The position numbers and the translations under genes were made by a program. Positions 37,499 through 50,743 of a DNA stretch of 64,000 nt are shown here, piece after piece (the first letter of the stretch is position 1; the number at the start of each line of letters is the position of its first letter). Below the pieces are notes generated by a model. The model was given only the letters and a program-made list of their open reading frames with translations, did no database searches and was not told the DNA's origin. Source of the DNA: Podarcis liolepis (taxonomy: Eukaryota); assembly GCA_965112155.1 (NCBI GenBank), contig OZ218110.1, one strand, 5' to 3'.

Positions 37499-39417
37499 CT
37501 GAGAATAGAAACCATAAGATATTATCCCGGAGTTTAGAGAAGGCAAGATGTCCTAGGATAGTGATGGTGAACTTTTTAGAGACCGCCCAAACTGCAACCC
37601 AAAACCCACTTATCACAAAGTGCCAACACAGCAATTTAAACTGAAAACGGAGGTTTTAGTTTAGAAAAAAAACATACATTAACATCTTTTGTCTTAAAAG
37701 AAAAAACACAATAACAGAGCTTTCAATGATACAAACAACTTTTTTTTAAAAAAAAGGTAAAAGTTTGCATTTGGCATGCTTTTGAACAAGTAATGTGATT
37801 TTTGCTGTTGTGCGCATGCTGATAATTTGTCTAACCTTGCTGAACTCCAGGTGGCTTACTCTCGAGTAGGAACGACAAACTGGCGGGAGGCCCTGGCGCA
37901 TCAAAAGTCGAGGCCTGGACAGAGCAGCAGTTTCCCAACACGAGCCCTCCTCTTCTCCTCCCCCCAGCGTAGCCCGAGGGTAAAAATGGTGCCCTAGCAG
38001 CGCTGGGACCATGCTAGAAGCAGCCAGGAGCCTCCTGCAGCGCTGGAGCACCTGTTTCACCCCCTAGCTATGGCCCTGCTGGGGCAACGGCGCGCATGCC
38101 CACAGAGAGGGCTCTGAGTGCCCCCTCTGGCACGCATGCCATAGGTTCGCCACCACTGTCCTAGGCCCAAGAGTCATTTGTTCTCTGAAAGAAAGGGGAG
38201 TTGTTGCTACAGCAGATGTGGGGAACCTTTGACCCTGTGTGTGCCCTCTGCCCTGTGCTGTGCCCTCCAGGCTAGACTGCTCCCCTACAGAATTCTAGGG
38301 ACTGTAATTTGTCAAGGAAACACACTTGTTAGGAGCCCATGCCTTCCAAGTTGCCCCGGCAAAAATGGGACATTCGTATGAGATCTCAGTGGGGGGGTGC
38401 CGCAATATCGCACTCTCACCCCGATTTTACGTAGTAAAAAGTTGGGTGATATGGGAGACTCACATTCCCCTCTGCAGTTCCCAGAGTGGTTTAACAGCCA
38501 ATCCCTCTTCCCAGGGAACTCTGGGAGGGGGAACTAGGGTCTCCTAACAACGCTCAGCACCCTTAGCAAACACCAGCTCCCAGTATTCTTGGGTGTGTCA
38601 CGCTGAAGTCCTCACTTATTTTCACATACACCAGCCTTTGCCAACATGGTGCCCTCCAGATGTTTTTGACGACAACTCCCATCAACCCCAGCCAGTTAGC
38701 ATACACTTTCCACCCTCTAGGGGACGTTGCATATGAAGAGGACTGAGAATGGCAGCATTTATTTTGCAGGTATAGCAGAGGCTTCTGGGAGGTCCAGAAA
38801 GGCCTGGGAGCCAGCAGCTGCAGCCATCAGGTCCTTCTCCTTTCTTCAAATGTCACTGCTTGCTTTGATACTTTCCCAACCTTTCCAGGTGAGCTGTTTT
38901 AGACACTATGCATGAGGCATTGTTGCTTTTTTTCGTTGCTCACAGTCACATGCCTTCATTTCCTGGTTGAATGACCCTTCGTTAGAACTCAAAAGCTTAT
39001 TGCACACAGTTTGAGGAAATGAGATGCTCCCCACCCCCCATATATTGTATTCATTGGAAAATGTGGAATGTGGTTCCGCAAGGGTCCAATGCACTCGCTG
39101 GCTATTTGCTTGCTGTGACGTCTGTGTTTAGGAATGAGAGGGGCAGTGCAGGGAGCTTGGGCTTCTCATTGCTAGCACAGCCAGTGGGACAAACCTCTCA
39201 TTGGCTGGACGTAGATTTCTTAAAGACAGTAAGAGAGCTAGTGATGGTGTGCAGTGGTTAAAGTGCTGGAGAAAGGGGTTCAAATCCTCACTCAGCCATG
39301 AAGCTCAGTGCAGGACTTTGGCTAAGCCCAAAGCCTAATCATAGAGTTTCTGGGGTCGGGAGACATGGGTGGCTGGGATGAGAAGATCCTTGCATGATAT
39401 CCTAGCTGCCAGGAGGA

Positions 39418-39765
39418 AGGTAAAGGTAAAGGGACCCCTGACCATTAGGTCCAGTCGTGGCCGACTCTGGGGTTGCGGCGCTCATCTCGTTTTATTGGCC
39501 AAGGGAGCCGGCATACAGCTTCTGGGTCATGTGGCCAGCATGACTAAGCCGCTTCTGGCGAACCAGAGCAGCGCACGGAAACGCTATTTACCGGAGCGGT
39601 ACCTATTTATCTACTTGCACTCTTGATGTGCTTTCGAACTGCTAGGTTGGCAGGAGCAGGGACCGAGCAACGGGAGCTCACCCCGTCACGGGGATTTGAA
39701 CCGCCAACCTTCTGATCGGCAAGTCCTAGGCTCTGTGGTATAACCCACAGCGCCACCCGCATCCC
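39418..39765 (-). mobile_element. Sauria/Squam1-type SINE
   Basis: Full length; TSD ggaggaaggta. Confidence 0.9.
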
Positions 39766-40134
39766 TTGGGAGGAAGGTACAAACGTCAATAAAGAAGGCT
39801 TAAGAAAGGCCTATTTAGGGGGAACTCGTTCTACTTTACAGCTCTTATGTAGGCATTTTCCTCACTTCAAATAACCTTAAAAAGTCACCTCTGACCTCCA
39901 GGCTCTTTGTTCCTTTAGACTGCGCACGCACAACATTTTCTTTTACAATCGGTGAAAAGCAAGTTCTTGGTTTTTTCCACCTAGTCCACACACACAATCC
40001 CTGTTGCATCTTTGCCCTTGAAATGTGCTCCTCGACAAAGTGGATTCATCATTCCCAGAATAAAAGCAGATGGATTCTGCGATACCCCACACTGTGATTC
40101 CTTTTGAAAACAGATGTAGGCAGTCCTGGCAAGG

Positions 40135-40160
40135 GTGTGTGTGTGTGTGTGTGTGTGTGT
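40135..40160. repeat. (GT)n microsatellite next to the PRRG2 signal-peptide exon donor
   Basis: Visible run. Confidence 0.9.
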
Positions 40161-40183
40161 CCGTGTCCCAACCCTCAGCTTAC

Positions 40184-40289
40184 CTTGATCCTCTAGAGTC
40201 TGCTGGTGTTCCGGCTGCTTGTGGAATGGAACGGCAAAGCTGTGGCTGAGGGCTTGGAACAGCAAAAGAAGACATGGAGGACTCCACAT
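40184..40289 (-). CDS. PRRG2: PRRG2 coding exon 1 (signal peptide); exon acceptor at 40297
   Basis: TCCTTTCAG|GGCGCGTC ATG; MWSPPCLLLLFQALSHSFAVPFHKQPEHQQTLEDQ; phase-1 donor G|GTAAG fits the Gla exon. Confidence 0.85.
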
Positions 40290-43238
40290 GACGCGCCCTG
40301 AAAGGAGGACATGAGACAGTGCCAAAGATCTGGGTTCAAGAGAGTCCTCCAATATATATTCTTGGATAACACCACCCATTCGCGTGATACAGTAGCTCTC
40401 TCTTATCTGCCAGCCTTCACTTACGAGAAAACAACAACACAGGCATTAGACACAACACACTGCTGGTATAAATACAACTGGTTCCTCCCCACAAATAAAA
40501 CAGTTGCTGCTCTACTGTCTGATAACATGGGGACAACTGCTGGGGTCTTGATAAGAGCCCAATATTAACAAGAAAGCTGGAGAGACAGAGTCGCTCCAGC
40601 AATTAGGCAGGGCGAAGCAACTGCCTCAGGCAGCTGATTTCGGGGTGTCATGGAAAGGCAGCAAGCTGTTAGTAAATTGATTCATTATTGTTGTTTTTAC
40701 TGCTGGGGAGGTGGGATTTTTCTGCCAGTAGTACCAAAATATCTGGCCTTGGGTACTGTCTACTTTGACAGAGAGTGGGGGTTCCTTCTTCGCCTCAGGC
40801 AGCTAAATATCTTGGGCCAGGCCTGTGGAGAGGGAATCTGCCAGGTGGTTAAAAAAGCATTACCAACGAGGAGCCTGACCAGGTAATTGGTTTTATTTTT
40901 TAATCATTTTCCATTTTAAATTGGATTCCCAACTGGGTCTGGCTTACTCCCGGTTCCTGTTAACAGAAGTCTGATCTGTAGAAATCAGCAGGCGAAGCAC
41001 TTCATAGCATGGTGCTAAACATTAATACCTGCTAATTGCTGCAGATGAAACTGCAGTTAAAAGAAAGCTTACTAGAAGCAGGTTCAGAAGCCGGGAGTTG
41101 TAAATGTGCTGAAATACAGAAATTTATTTATGCATTTCTCATTACTTTTCTCCAGGTACCTCAAGGCTCTTTCCCCATTTTGTCCTCACAACACCACCCA
41201 CACATGGCTTCCTCCACAGAATCTTGGGAACCTTAGTTTGTTAATGGTGCTGGGAACTGTAACCCAGTGAGGGATAAACTACAATTCCCAGATTTTGGGG
41301 GAGGAAGCCATCTGCTTTAAATGGATAGTGTCTGAGGTAAGTTAGGCTGAGAGATGATGACTGAACTAAGATCACCCAATGAGCATCATGGCTGAGTGGG
41401 GATTTGAACTCGTATTTCCGAGCTTCTAGTCCAAGACGTGAACCACTGCACCACACTGGTTTTCCTTCTGAGGGCATTTACAACCTGTACTATAGTGTGA
41501 ACCTAAGCATGTTCACTCAGAAGTAAGCCCCCTTATGTCAATGCCTGCTTGCTTCTGTTTACTCAGAAGTAACTCCTCCAAAGTCTGAGTTGAACAGAAT
41601 TTGCTCCCAAGTCTGTGTGCATAGGATTTGCAGCCTTAGATGGACGGAGGAGTCAACAGCTTCAAATAAGGCCACGTTCACATCATAAATTCAAAGCGCT
41701 ATAAATTCAAAGCACTTTAAACAATTATGGCTTCCCGCAAATAATTATGGGAGTTATAGTTTGTTAAGGGTGCTAAGAGTTGTTAGGGGATCCTGATTCC
41801 CTTCCTGGTGCTACAATTCCCAGAGGTCCCTCTTCATGGGAAACTCTGCAAAATAGTATTTCTGGGAAGGAAATAGGGGTTTCCTAACAACAGTTAGGGA
41901 AACCCCCATTGTTAGGAAACCCCCATTTCTGGGAAGGACACACTGCTGGTATTATACAACTGGTTCCTCCCCACAAATAAAACAGTTGCTGCTCTACTGC
42001 ATGATAACATGGGGACAACTGCTGGGAACTTGATAAGAGCCCAATATAACAAGAAAGCTGGAGAGACAGAGTCGCTCCAGCAATTAGGCAGGGCGAAGCA
42101 ACTGCCTCAGGCAGCTGATTTCGGGGTGTCATGGAAAGGCAGCAAGCTGTTAGTAAATTGATTCATTATTGTTGCTTTTACTGCTGGGGAGTGAGGGAGG
42201 GGAGGTGGGGTTTTTCTATCTCTGGTACCAAAATATCTGGCCTTGGGTACTGTCTACTTTGACAAAGAGTGGTCAGTGGAACTGACCAGCAAGACCACAC
42301 AGGAGGCGTGGTAATTATGCTCCTTAGGAGGAATCCGAAACCGGAGTGTGTAACAAAACAATAACCCTACTGCCACTCTCCTGCGTGCCCATTCTTAAAG
42401 AGAAGTCCTTAAGGGAACAGGGCAGAGCTGTTACTCAGTCGTAGGAGCTTGGCTTTCTGCCCCTACATTTATCAAGCAAGTTAATCATTCGCAGTCTGAA
42501 CTTGTGCATATTTCCTCCAAAGGTCATCCCACTGCGCCCTGCAAGGCTTGCTCCTCCGGGCTGGCAGAAAGGCACTCTCTGTCGTGCCAGGCTCTGCACG
42601 ATCCAAGAGGCGTGTCCTCCCAGGATCCTTTGCAAAGTCACAGATAAGTGTTGTAAAGTAATTATCAGACTGCACACAGCTTTGTTTTTTAAGTCTTTAA
42701 AAATAATTACTGCCCTAATGATGGCTCGGGAAGCCTTTAGGAAGGGACTGACCCCGGACTTGCCTCCAAAAAAGAGTGCTTAGGATTTCAGACGTTATTG
42801 GCAAACGAGAGTGCTTAGGATTTTTAGAAATTATTTACAGCATAATCAAAAGTGAAAGAAAACCAGCCGGTTCCCCTTGCTGCCCAAGGATATAGTCCCA
42901 ACGGTTTGCGTCAGACAGACTCGAGCATCAGCAAATAACGTTCCTGTTAACAAATTTCCGCACTGTAGTTTTAGGGGATGTTTGCTAAGGGGCCACGTGT
43001 AGAATAATACTTAACATTCATATAGTCTTTTCAGAGGGCTTCACATAACATCCTCTCCTAATCCTGACAACAACCCTGTAAGGTAGCCGAGTATTATTAT
43101 CATTCCTATATTGCTCAGGTTGCCAACTTTTACCATTTTTAAAAAAATCTGTGGGGCTGTGAGGATGAGTCCTCTAGGTTAGAGAGTTTCTACTCCAATA
43201 AGCAGCGACGTAGATTAATAACGAGATTAATAATAATA

Positions 43239-43587
43239 GGGACGCGGGTGGCGCTGTGGGTTAAACCACAGAGCTTAGGACTTGCCGAGCAGAAGGTCGG
43301 CGGTTCAAATCCCCGCGACAGAGTGAGCTCCCGTTGCTCGGTCCCTGCTCCTGCCAACCTAGCAATTCGAAAGCACGTCAAAGTGCAAGGAGATAAACAG
43401 GTACCGCTCCAGCGGGAAGGTAAATGGCGTTTCCGTGCGCTGCTCTGGTTCGCCAGAAGCAGCTTAGTCATGCTGGCCACATGATCCGGAAGCTGTACGC
43501 CGGCTCCCTTGGCTGATAAAGGAAGATGAGCGCCGCAACCCCAGAGTCGGTCACGACTGGACCTAATGGTCAGGGGTCCTTTACCTT
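43239..43587 (+). mobile_element. Sauria/Squam1-type SINE
   Basis: Full length; TSD agattaataa. Confidence 0.9.
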
Positions 43588-44588
43588 AGATTAATAACTA
43601 CTACGGTCACATCCACACTACACATTTAAAGCACATTTATACCACTTTCACAGTCATGGCATCTCCCCAAAAAGATGCTGGGCTTAATCATCACAGTGCT
43701 ACAATTCCCAGCACCCTAAACAAACTACAGTTCCCAGGATTCATGAATGTTAAAGTGGTATAAGAGTGCTTTAAAGGTATGGTACAGATGAGTGACCCTA
43801 GAGAATACAATCCCAAGTAGGGATGGCTGACCTGTGACCTCCTGCCCTCCTTGACTATTGGACCCTAGGTAGGGTTGATGGGAGTTGCAAAAAGTACCTG
43901 TAAAGCCACAGGTAAGCAGCCCTGATAGACACTGTCCCAAGGAGACTATAACTTTCTTTCAGACAAACCAGGTTAGGCTGCAGTCCCATGCACATATTTC
44001 TGGAAGTACTGTATGCTCCTTTGAAAACAATGGGGCTCACATCTGATTAGACATGCAGTATTGTGCTGTTAGAGCACAGTTTCCCAAACTTGGGTCTCCA
44101 GCTGTTTTTGGACTACAACTCCCATCATCCCCAGCTAGTAGGACCAGTGGTCAGGGATGACAGGAATTGTAGTCCAGAAGCAGCTAGGGACCAAAGTTTG
44201 GGAAACCCTGTGTCGGAGCAACACAAGACTAAAAAGATTCGACATCCTGTTTATTGAAGCACTCTGATGATTCTTTCAAGTCTGGAGTAATTTGTATGGA
44301 GTCTTCATACAATCCTTATTATAGGCTGATGCTGAATTTACCTTTGTCTAGCTCTAAGCTTCTCCCCGGCTTCTGATCAAAAGAGCTACAGAAATGTGAA
44401 AACTCTCTAAAAGTGATTTTTCCTGTTTCAGATCCAGGTCCAGGAAGACGTAGCAATTCCTTGGACCGCAGAGGCACAGAACAAAAACCAAAACAAATCA
44501 CACCCCGTTTGGAAAGCAAAGCACCCTTTTTTCCTTTCTTTTTTTAAGCCAGCTTGGTTTCCAAGCTGCCTGCGTGCTGCCAACTCAC

Positions 44589-44700
44589 CTGTGCGGAAAT
44601 CGCAGGTGGAAAACAGGTACGCCGGTGACCTGGATGGAAGCACCTGGCTGTTCCCAAAGAGCCCCTCGTTCTGCTCTCCTGCAGTAGAAAGTCAGGTGGG
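44589..44700 (-). promoter_or_regulatory. Candidate non-coding first exon / promoter of PRRG2
   Basis: Consensus donor CAG|GTGAGT at 44589/44588 upstream of the ATG exon acceptor, local CpG enrichment, E-box cluster; 5' limit unknown. Confidence 0.4.
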
Positions 44701-45447
44701 AATAGCTGCAAGACGACCCCAGTGTCAGCGGTTAGAAGGGAAGGGAATAAATGACATATAGCCTCAGTCCATGGCAGTACAGTGCAAAGGAAAAACTCTC
44801 CGGAACAAAGCTGAGGTCTCCTGGAGAGAATCAGGAGCTGCTGGAGAGCTCCAGGTGAATGTGGGTGGGTCCAAAGGTCACATGGTCAGAGGAGAGACAG
44901 GTAAAGCGGGGAGGGGGGGGGGGAAGAGAGCAGGTCGTAGGAGGAGTCTAAAGATTCCATTGCCAGAATTCCTGTGTGAGTGTTGCTTTGTAAATTTGTC
45001 TAGCCACTTCTACAGAGAGAGCCTACGCATACACAGCCCTCACGGTATAATAGAAATCGTCGCTTTACTCGGAAGTGAAGGCATCTTTGTTTAATACAGC
45101 ACAAGTTCTGAGGCTTTAGAAACAGGTTCCAGGGCTGAGGTGTGAAGTGAGCTGGCTGCCCTCCCATTTTTCTCTTTGTTCGAGGCCGGTTTCCTGAAGC
45201 AAAGGCACAGCTAAGCCACACAAGCAGTCCATTTTCTATGAGGATCCATCAGAAGCGTGGTTGGTCTTAAGGCTGATAATATATCACACCCAAAGCCTGT
45301 GTGGGGATCTTTTAAGAGAGCTGAAATGAAGGAAGAAGTGCAATGTTCAGAGGCTAGAAATCGTACAGTATTCTGCGTATGCTGCTTTGTGCCTCCCCTT
45401 CCCTTGCTTGAGATTCTTGGCCTTCTCCATATATCCTTTTTATTGTG

Positions 45448-45656
45448 TACAGTCGTACCTTGGTTGACAAACACCTTGTGAGCCGAACGTTTTGGCTCCC
45501 AAACGCCGCAAACCCGGAAGTGAGTGTTCCGGTTTGCGAACGTTCTTTGGAACCCGAATGTCCAGCGCGGCTTCCGATTGGCTGCAGGAGCTTCCGAACG
45601 TTTTGGAAGTCGAATGAACTTCTGGAACGGATTCCGTTTGACTTCCAAGGTACGAG
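45448..45656. mobile_element. Tc1/mariner-pogo MITE family B (right end clipped)
   Basis: Homologous to the 28159 copy. Confidence 0.78.
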
Positions 45657-45836
45657 ACCTATTGGGGTGTTCCTGCTATGAGCCCCTCTATCCCACACTC
45701 AGAACAATATATCCTAAAGATACCACTGTTTTCACTGACCTTCATTCCAAGGAAACAGGAACCCTGGGTAAGCACAGGAGTCTCTCACTGCTCAGAGACC
45801 GGGGTTGCATACAGCAGTCATATTACTGACAAGCTG

Positions 45837-46196
45837 AGGTAAAAGGTAAAGGTAAAGGGACCCCTGACCATTAGGTCCAGTCATGGCTGACTCTGGGGTT
45901 GTAGCGCTCATCTCGCTTTATTGGCTGAGGGAGCCAGCATAGTTTCTGGATCATGTGGCCAGCATGACTAAGCCGCTTCTGGCGAACCAGAGCAGCGCAT
46001 GGAAACGCCGTTTACCTTCCTGCCGGAGTGGTACCTATTTATCTACTTGCACTTTGAGGTGTTTTCGAACTGCTAGGTTGGCAGGAGCAGGGACCGAGCA
46101 ACGGGAGCTCACCCCATTGTGGGGATTTGAACCGCCGACCTTCTGATTGGCAAGTTCTAAGCTCTGTGGTTTAACCCACAGTGCCACCCGCATCCC
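45837..46196 (-). mobile_element. Sauria/Squam1-type SINE
   Basis: Full length; TSD gacaagctgagg. Confidence 0.9.
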
Positions 46197-46945
46197 CGAC
46201 AAGCTGAGGACATACACCTAAAACAATTGGGGGGGGGGGAAATGTGTAAATTATGGTGATGCCGAGTTCGATACGGAAGCTAAAAGTACTGCATTATGAG
46301 TAGGAGAAGCATGTGGTCAAAATACTTGAAAAAGCCCCTTCCCTGTTGTGATGACATGCTTTTTTTTCTTATCCTTTTGCTCACGGTTTCACTCTTTTTC
46401 AGCAAGACAGCTGTTACGGTCATAACCTGACCTATAATACATATTATGAGTTCCACTTCCTCATGTTTTTGTCGCTGAAACCAAATATTGCTCTTCAGTT
46501 TCCTGTACGGTCTATTTACCAAGCAAGGCTTGGTACCAAGGGTTTTCACATCGCTGAGCTTTATGTTTGCTGTGGTTTATTCCCCCCACCCTGCCCCACA
46601 TCTGACTTTGGTGTCATAGAGGCAGGTACCATGACGCAGGGAAAAGAACCAAGACTTAGCTCTCCCACTTTCCATTTTACCTTTCAGCCCCCAATAAGCA
46701 TATCTGAACCTCTTCTGGGTTCGCTTTGCTCATCTTCCTTTGGTGCGCTAAGACCCTGAAGAACCCTAAACAAGCTATATTTCCCAGGGGGTTTTTGGGG
46801 TAGCCGTGATTGTTTCAAGTGGTAAGATCATACTTTAAATGTTTGGTGCAGTAGCAATGGAGAAGCATAACAGAACGACTTCAAAAACAGAATGATATGT
46901 GGATGGTCCAGTATAAATCCACCACTTTGCACTATTCTTGCACGT

Positions 46946-47293
46946 AGGTAAAGGGTAAAGGGGCCTCTGACCATTAGGTCCAGTTGCGGATGACTCTGGG
47001 GTTGTGGTGCTCATCTGGCTTTATTGGCTGAGGGAGCCAGTGTACAGCTTCCAGGTCATGTGGCCAGCATGACTAAGCCGCTTCTGGCGAACCAGAGCAG
47101 CGCACGCCATTTACCTTTCCGCCGGAGCAGTACCTATTTATCTACTTGCACTTTGATGCACTTTCGAACTGCTAGGTTGACAGGAGCAGGGACTGAGCAA
47201 CAGGAGTTCACCCCGTGGCGGGGATTTGAACCGCCGCCCTGCTGATTGGCAAGCCCTAGACTGTGGTTTAACCCACAGTGCCACCCGCGTCCC
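46946..47293 (-). mobile_element. Sauria/Squam1-type SINE
   Basis: Full length; TSD attc(t/a)tgcac. Confidence 0.88.
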
Positions 47294-48802
47294 TCATTCA
47301 TGCACTTAACTGTGCATAAAAATGCATATATTAGTGAAAATTACACACACAAATACATTACAATAGGGGAAATGACTTTGCAAAAATGTGCTTCTTAGGG
47401 AAAACTGCATACAAAAACGTGTATTTTAGGATCAGCATTAAAATGCTGATGAATTTTCACGAGAACTTTAAACAAACATCAATAAATCACAAACTAATGT
47501 GGAAATGTGAAGAACTGAATTTAAGATTGGGAAAGTGAAGTACATACCGAAATGGACAGATTTACTCATCCTTAACCAAAGCATCTCAGATTGCTGACTA
47601 AGCAAATCAGATCTCATCGTGCTGTGAATCTCCATGTTCCCGCCAAACTTTCATGTCAGCCAGTTATGGGGAGGCACAGATCAAACGATCAAAACAATCT
47701 ACATTGTCAGCTGTTCTAATTGTCTGGGTGGAGAGATCACTCACAATCCGGTAGCTGTATTCTGTCAGCAAGCTGGTGTTGATTACACCTGTACGCTGAT
47801 CTTAATTCTGCATATTTCACTGTGGAGAGAAATCTTATTTTTTGGCAGGGATCCAGCTTGTGGCTTTTCTGTATTACTGATGTGTATAGTGTTTCTGTGA
47901 CAGTTGTTTGTCTAGAAACGCCAGCACTTTCCAGTTTTGATTGCTCAATCAAGCAGCCGGGTTTTTTTAGCCCGGGGGAGGGGCGACAGTGAGCCATAGG
48001 AATGGATTGTCCTTCCTTATAGGCTTTCAGTGTTCAAGAATCTCTTGAGGTCTGTAGTGCCAGGAACATGAGCTGAGACATAAGTGGAATGTATTTTGTC
48101 TGTGTTTTTGAATAGCACCTCCCTGCCAAGGTTTGATTTTTGAAATTAGATAACACTTAGGGCTGCTTCAGACAATTGTGTGCATCACTCGACCTCGGTT
48201 ATCTCTGACTACTAACTACCACCTGATGAGGACTTGCAGCAGAATGTGTCAGCTGATTTCCACTGAATTGTGTTTTAAGGCAACATATAATGATATGACA
48301 GTTCTGTAATGGGTCATTCACACATATAAGGAATGATATTTGATACTCTGGGTCATGGGCGAAGCCAGGATTTTCGTTGCGGCAGGGAAGGCCTTTTGTT
48401 GGGGGGGCTGGGAAGAACTTTAGCTATGTATTTTTATTGATTTTCATTTATTTAAGGGGGTGCAGGGAGCGGCATCTGCCCCTCCCTGCCCCCCCGTCCA
48501 GATTCCAAGTTCTTTTCATGCTTTTCTTCCACAGTTACACCCCTTTCACACTCACAGGCATGCCTAATCCATGTTTAAAGTGAAGCGAAATTGATTTAAA
48601 AACACACAACAAAACCATGCATGCACACACCTCTCTGTTTAGCTGCACAATTGAAGCTCAGCACAGAGGCAAAAATTAGACTAAGGGTAACTTTGTTTCT
48701 GCCATTCTTCTTTCTTTCATCAACACCATTCTGCCCCTGTCCCCGCCCCCTTTATATTGTTAAAGGTGTCCCACATCTCTAAGCAGGACTAAGTTTCAGG
48801 AG

Positions 48803-49048
48803 TACAGTGGTACCTCGGGTTAAGAACTTAATTCGTTCTGGAGGTCCGTTCTTAACCTGAAACTGTTCTTAACCTGAAGCACCACTTTAGCTAAAGGGGC
48901 CTCCTGCTGCCGCCGCGCCGTTGGAGCACGATTTCTGTTCTCATCCTGAAGCAAAGTTCTTAACCTGAAGCACTATTTCTGGGTTAGCGGAGTCTGTAAC
49001 CTGAAGCGTCTTTAACCTGAAGCGTATGCAACCCGAGGTACCACTGTA
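48803..49048. mobile_element. Tc1/mariner-pogo MITE family A
   Basis: Same TIRs and TA TSD. Confidence 0.85.
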
Positions 49049-49212
49049 CAGCACTTACATCAGGTTTGGTTTCCTTTGGAAAGATACAACTGAAGGTTTA
49101 TTATCAACGTTCCATTGATCAGGTTGCACTTCTTATATCGTAAATATACACAAATGCCTTAAGCAAGTAATATTTCCCCCTATGTTATGCATGTTTATTT
49201 AGAAGTACTATA

Positions 49213-49292
49213 ACGGGAGGCAGTGGAAGACAGGAGTGCCTGGCATGCTCTGGTCCATGGGGTCACGAAGTGTTGGACACGACTAAACGACT
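49213..49292 (+). mobile_element. Bov-B (RTE) 3' end; tail resumes at 50744-50768
   Basis: GTCCATGGGGTCACGAAG.GT.GGACACGACTAAACGACT and (CAA)n tail. Confidence 0.75.
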
Positions 49293-50743
49293 CAGGGGCG
49301 TCTTACCCATAGAGGCTAGTGGCGCGGGGTGCCAGGGTGCCAAGTTCTGGAGGGTGCCAGGGAAGAGGCAGAGGCTGGATGCAGTGCCTCCCGGCATCAG
49401 CTCGCTGCCCTTGCCCGCCTCTGCCATGCTGCGGCAAAGCAGCGCCGCGCTCGGAGCCTCCATCTGCCGTGGCCAGCTGAGCCAGGAGGCGCCGCGTCCA
49501 GCCTCCACCTCTTCCCCTCCGGAGGAGCCGCCCTCCAGCTGCTATCTGCCTCCTCCAGCTCCGCCATCCTCCCTAAAAAACTCTGAGAAATGGGGGGGGG
49601 GGATTAAAGAAGGAGGAAAATGGAAATTGAAACCATATGAAGAAGTGAAAGAGCATGTTAATGATTGGTTACATTATTATCAGGTGAATGAAGTGTTTAA
49701 ACAAGATATCAAAGAAAATAGTTTCTGTGAAAAAGAATCGAGGTTTCAACAAGAAATATTGAATAATGATTTTAAAATTCTGTCAAAAATGTATAAATTA
49801 CTGCTTGAATGGCACTTGAAAGATGAGGAGGTAAAATCAGTTATGATTCATTGGGCAAAAGACTTAGGATATAATATTCAGTTAAGTGATTGGGTCAAAT
49901 TATGGAAAGAAGGTTTAGGATTTACTGCATGTAATGCATTAAAAGAAAACGTGATGAAGATGATGTATAGATGGTACATCACACCAGTTAAGTTAACAAA
50001 AATGTATAAAGTCAGTAATAAATGTTGGAAATGTAACGAAAAAGAAGGATTATTTTATTATATGTGGTGGGAATGTAAAAAGGTGAAATGCTTCTGGGAG
50101 ATGATATATAATGAGTTGAAAAAAATGTTGAAATATACTTTTATTTAAAAACCGGAAGCATTCCTTTTAGGTATTGTTGGAAACTATATAAACAGGAAAG
50201 ATTGTAAGTTGTTTTTATATGCAGTAACAGCAGCAAGAATATTATTGGCCCAAAAATGGAAGCAAGAAGAACTACCAACATTAGAAGAATGGAGGTTGAA
50301 ATTGATGGACTACGCAGAATTAGACAAACTAACAGGAAGGATCCGAGACCGGTGGGACCAGAGGTTTACCGAAGACTGGACTAAATTTACTGAGTATTTG
50401 AAAAGTATTTGTAATGATCAGATTACGTTTGTAGGACTACAGAAAGTTCTGTGAGGAGTAATTTAAGAAATATTGTAAAAATGGAAAGGGAGAAATGATT
50501 TGTTAGAAAAGGTAAAGGCAATATTAAGTTAAGAATTGCAGGAGAAATAATCAAGACGGAAGGCTGTCAGAGATGCTGAAGGAAGTCCAAACAAGGACAT
50601 ATGTATAATAATTTGTGTGGTATGTCTTAAAAAGTTTTGTATGCTAAGAATAATAAAAAATATTATTAAAAAAAGAGAGAGAAATTGGGGGGGGGCGGAA
50701 GGAGCTTTGCACCACGGCGCCGGATATGCTTAAGACGGCCCTG
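49293..50743. mobile_element. hAT non-autonomous element interrupted by an L1 insertion
   Basis: TIRs CAGGGGCGTCTTA / TAAGACGGCCCTG; 8-bp TSD aaacgact / aaatgact. Confidence 0.8.
49603..50674 (+). mobile_element. 5'-truncated L1-clade LINE (ORF2 C-terminus, 3' UTR, A-rich tail)
   Basis: YRWYITPVKL...CWKC...YMWWEC zinc-knuckle region, AARILLAQKWK; one in-frame stop at 50146; TSD gagaaat(t)ggggggggg. Confidence 0.88.

Noticed and set aside
23656-40289. Assignment of the Gla gene as PRRG4 and the large gene as QSER1
   Set aside because: NHWD, NGKGG and SGVHDAPPPPY motifs, the [15 protein letters not shown] start and the NOSIP neighbour all favour PRRG2 and PRR12
49270-50148. 292-aa ORF as a host gene
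   Set aside because: Chimera of a hAT interior and a truncated L1 ORF2; non-ATG start and no splice or promoter support
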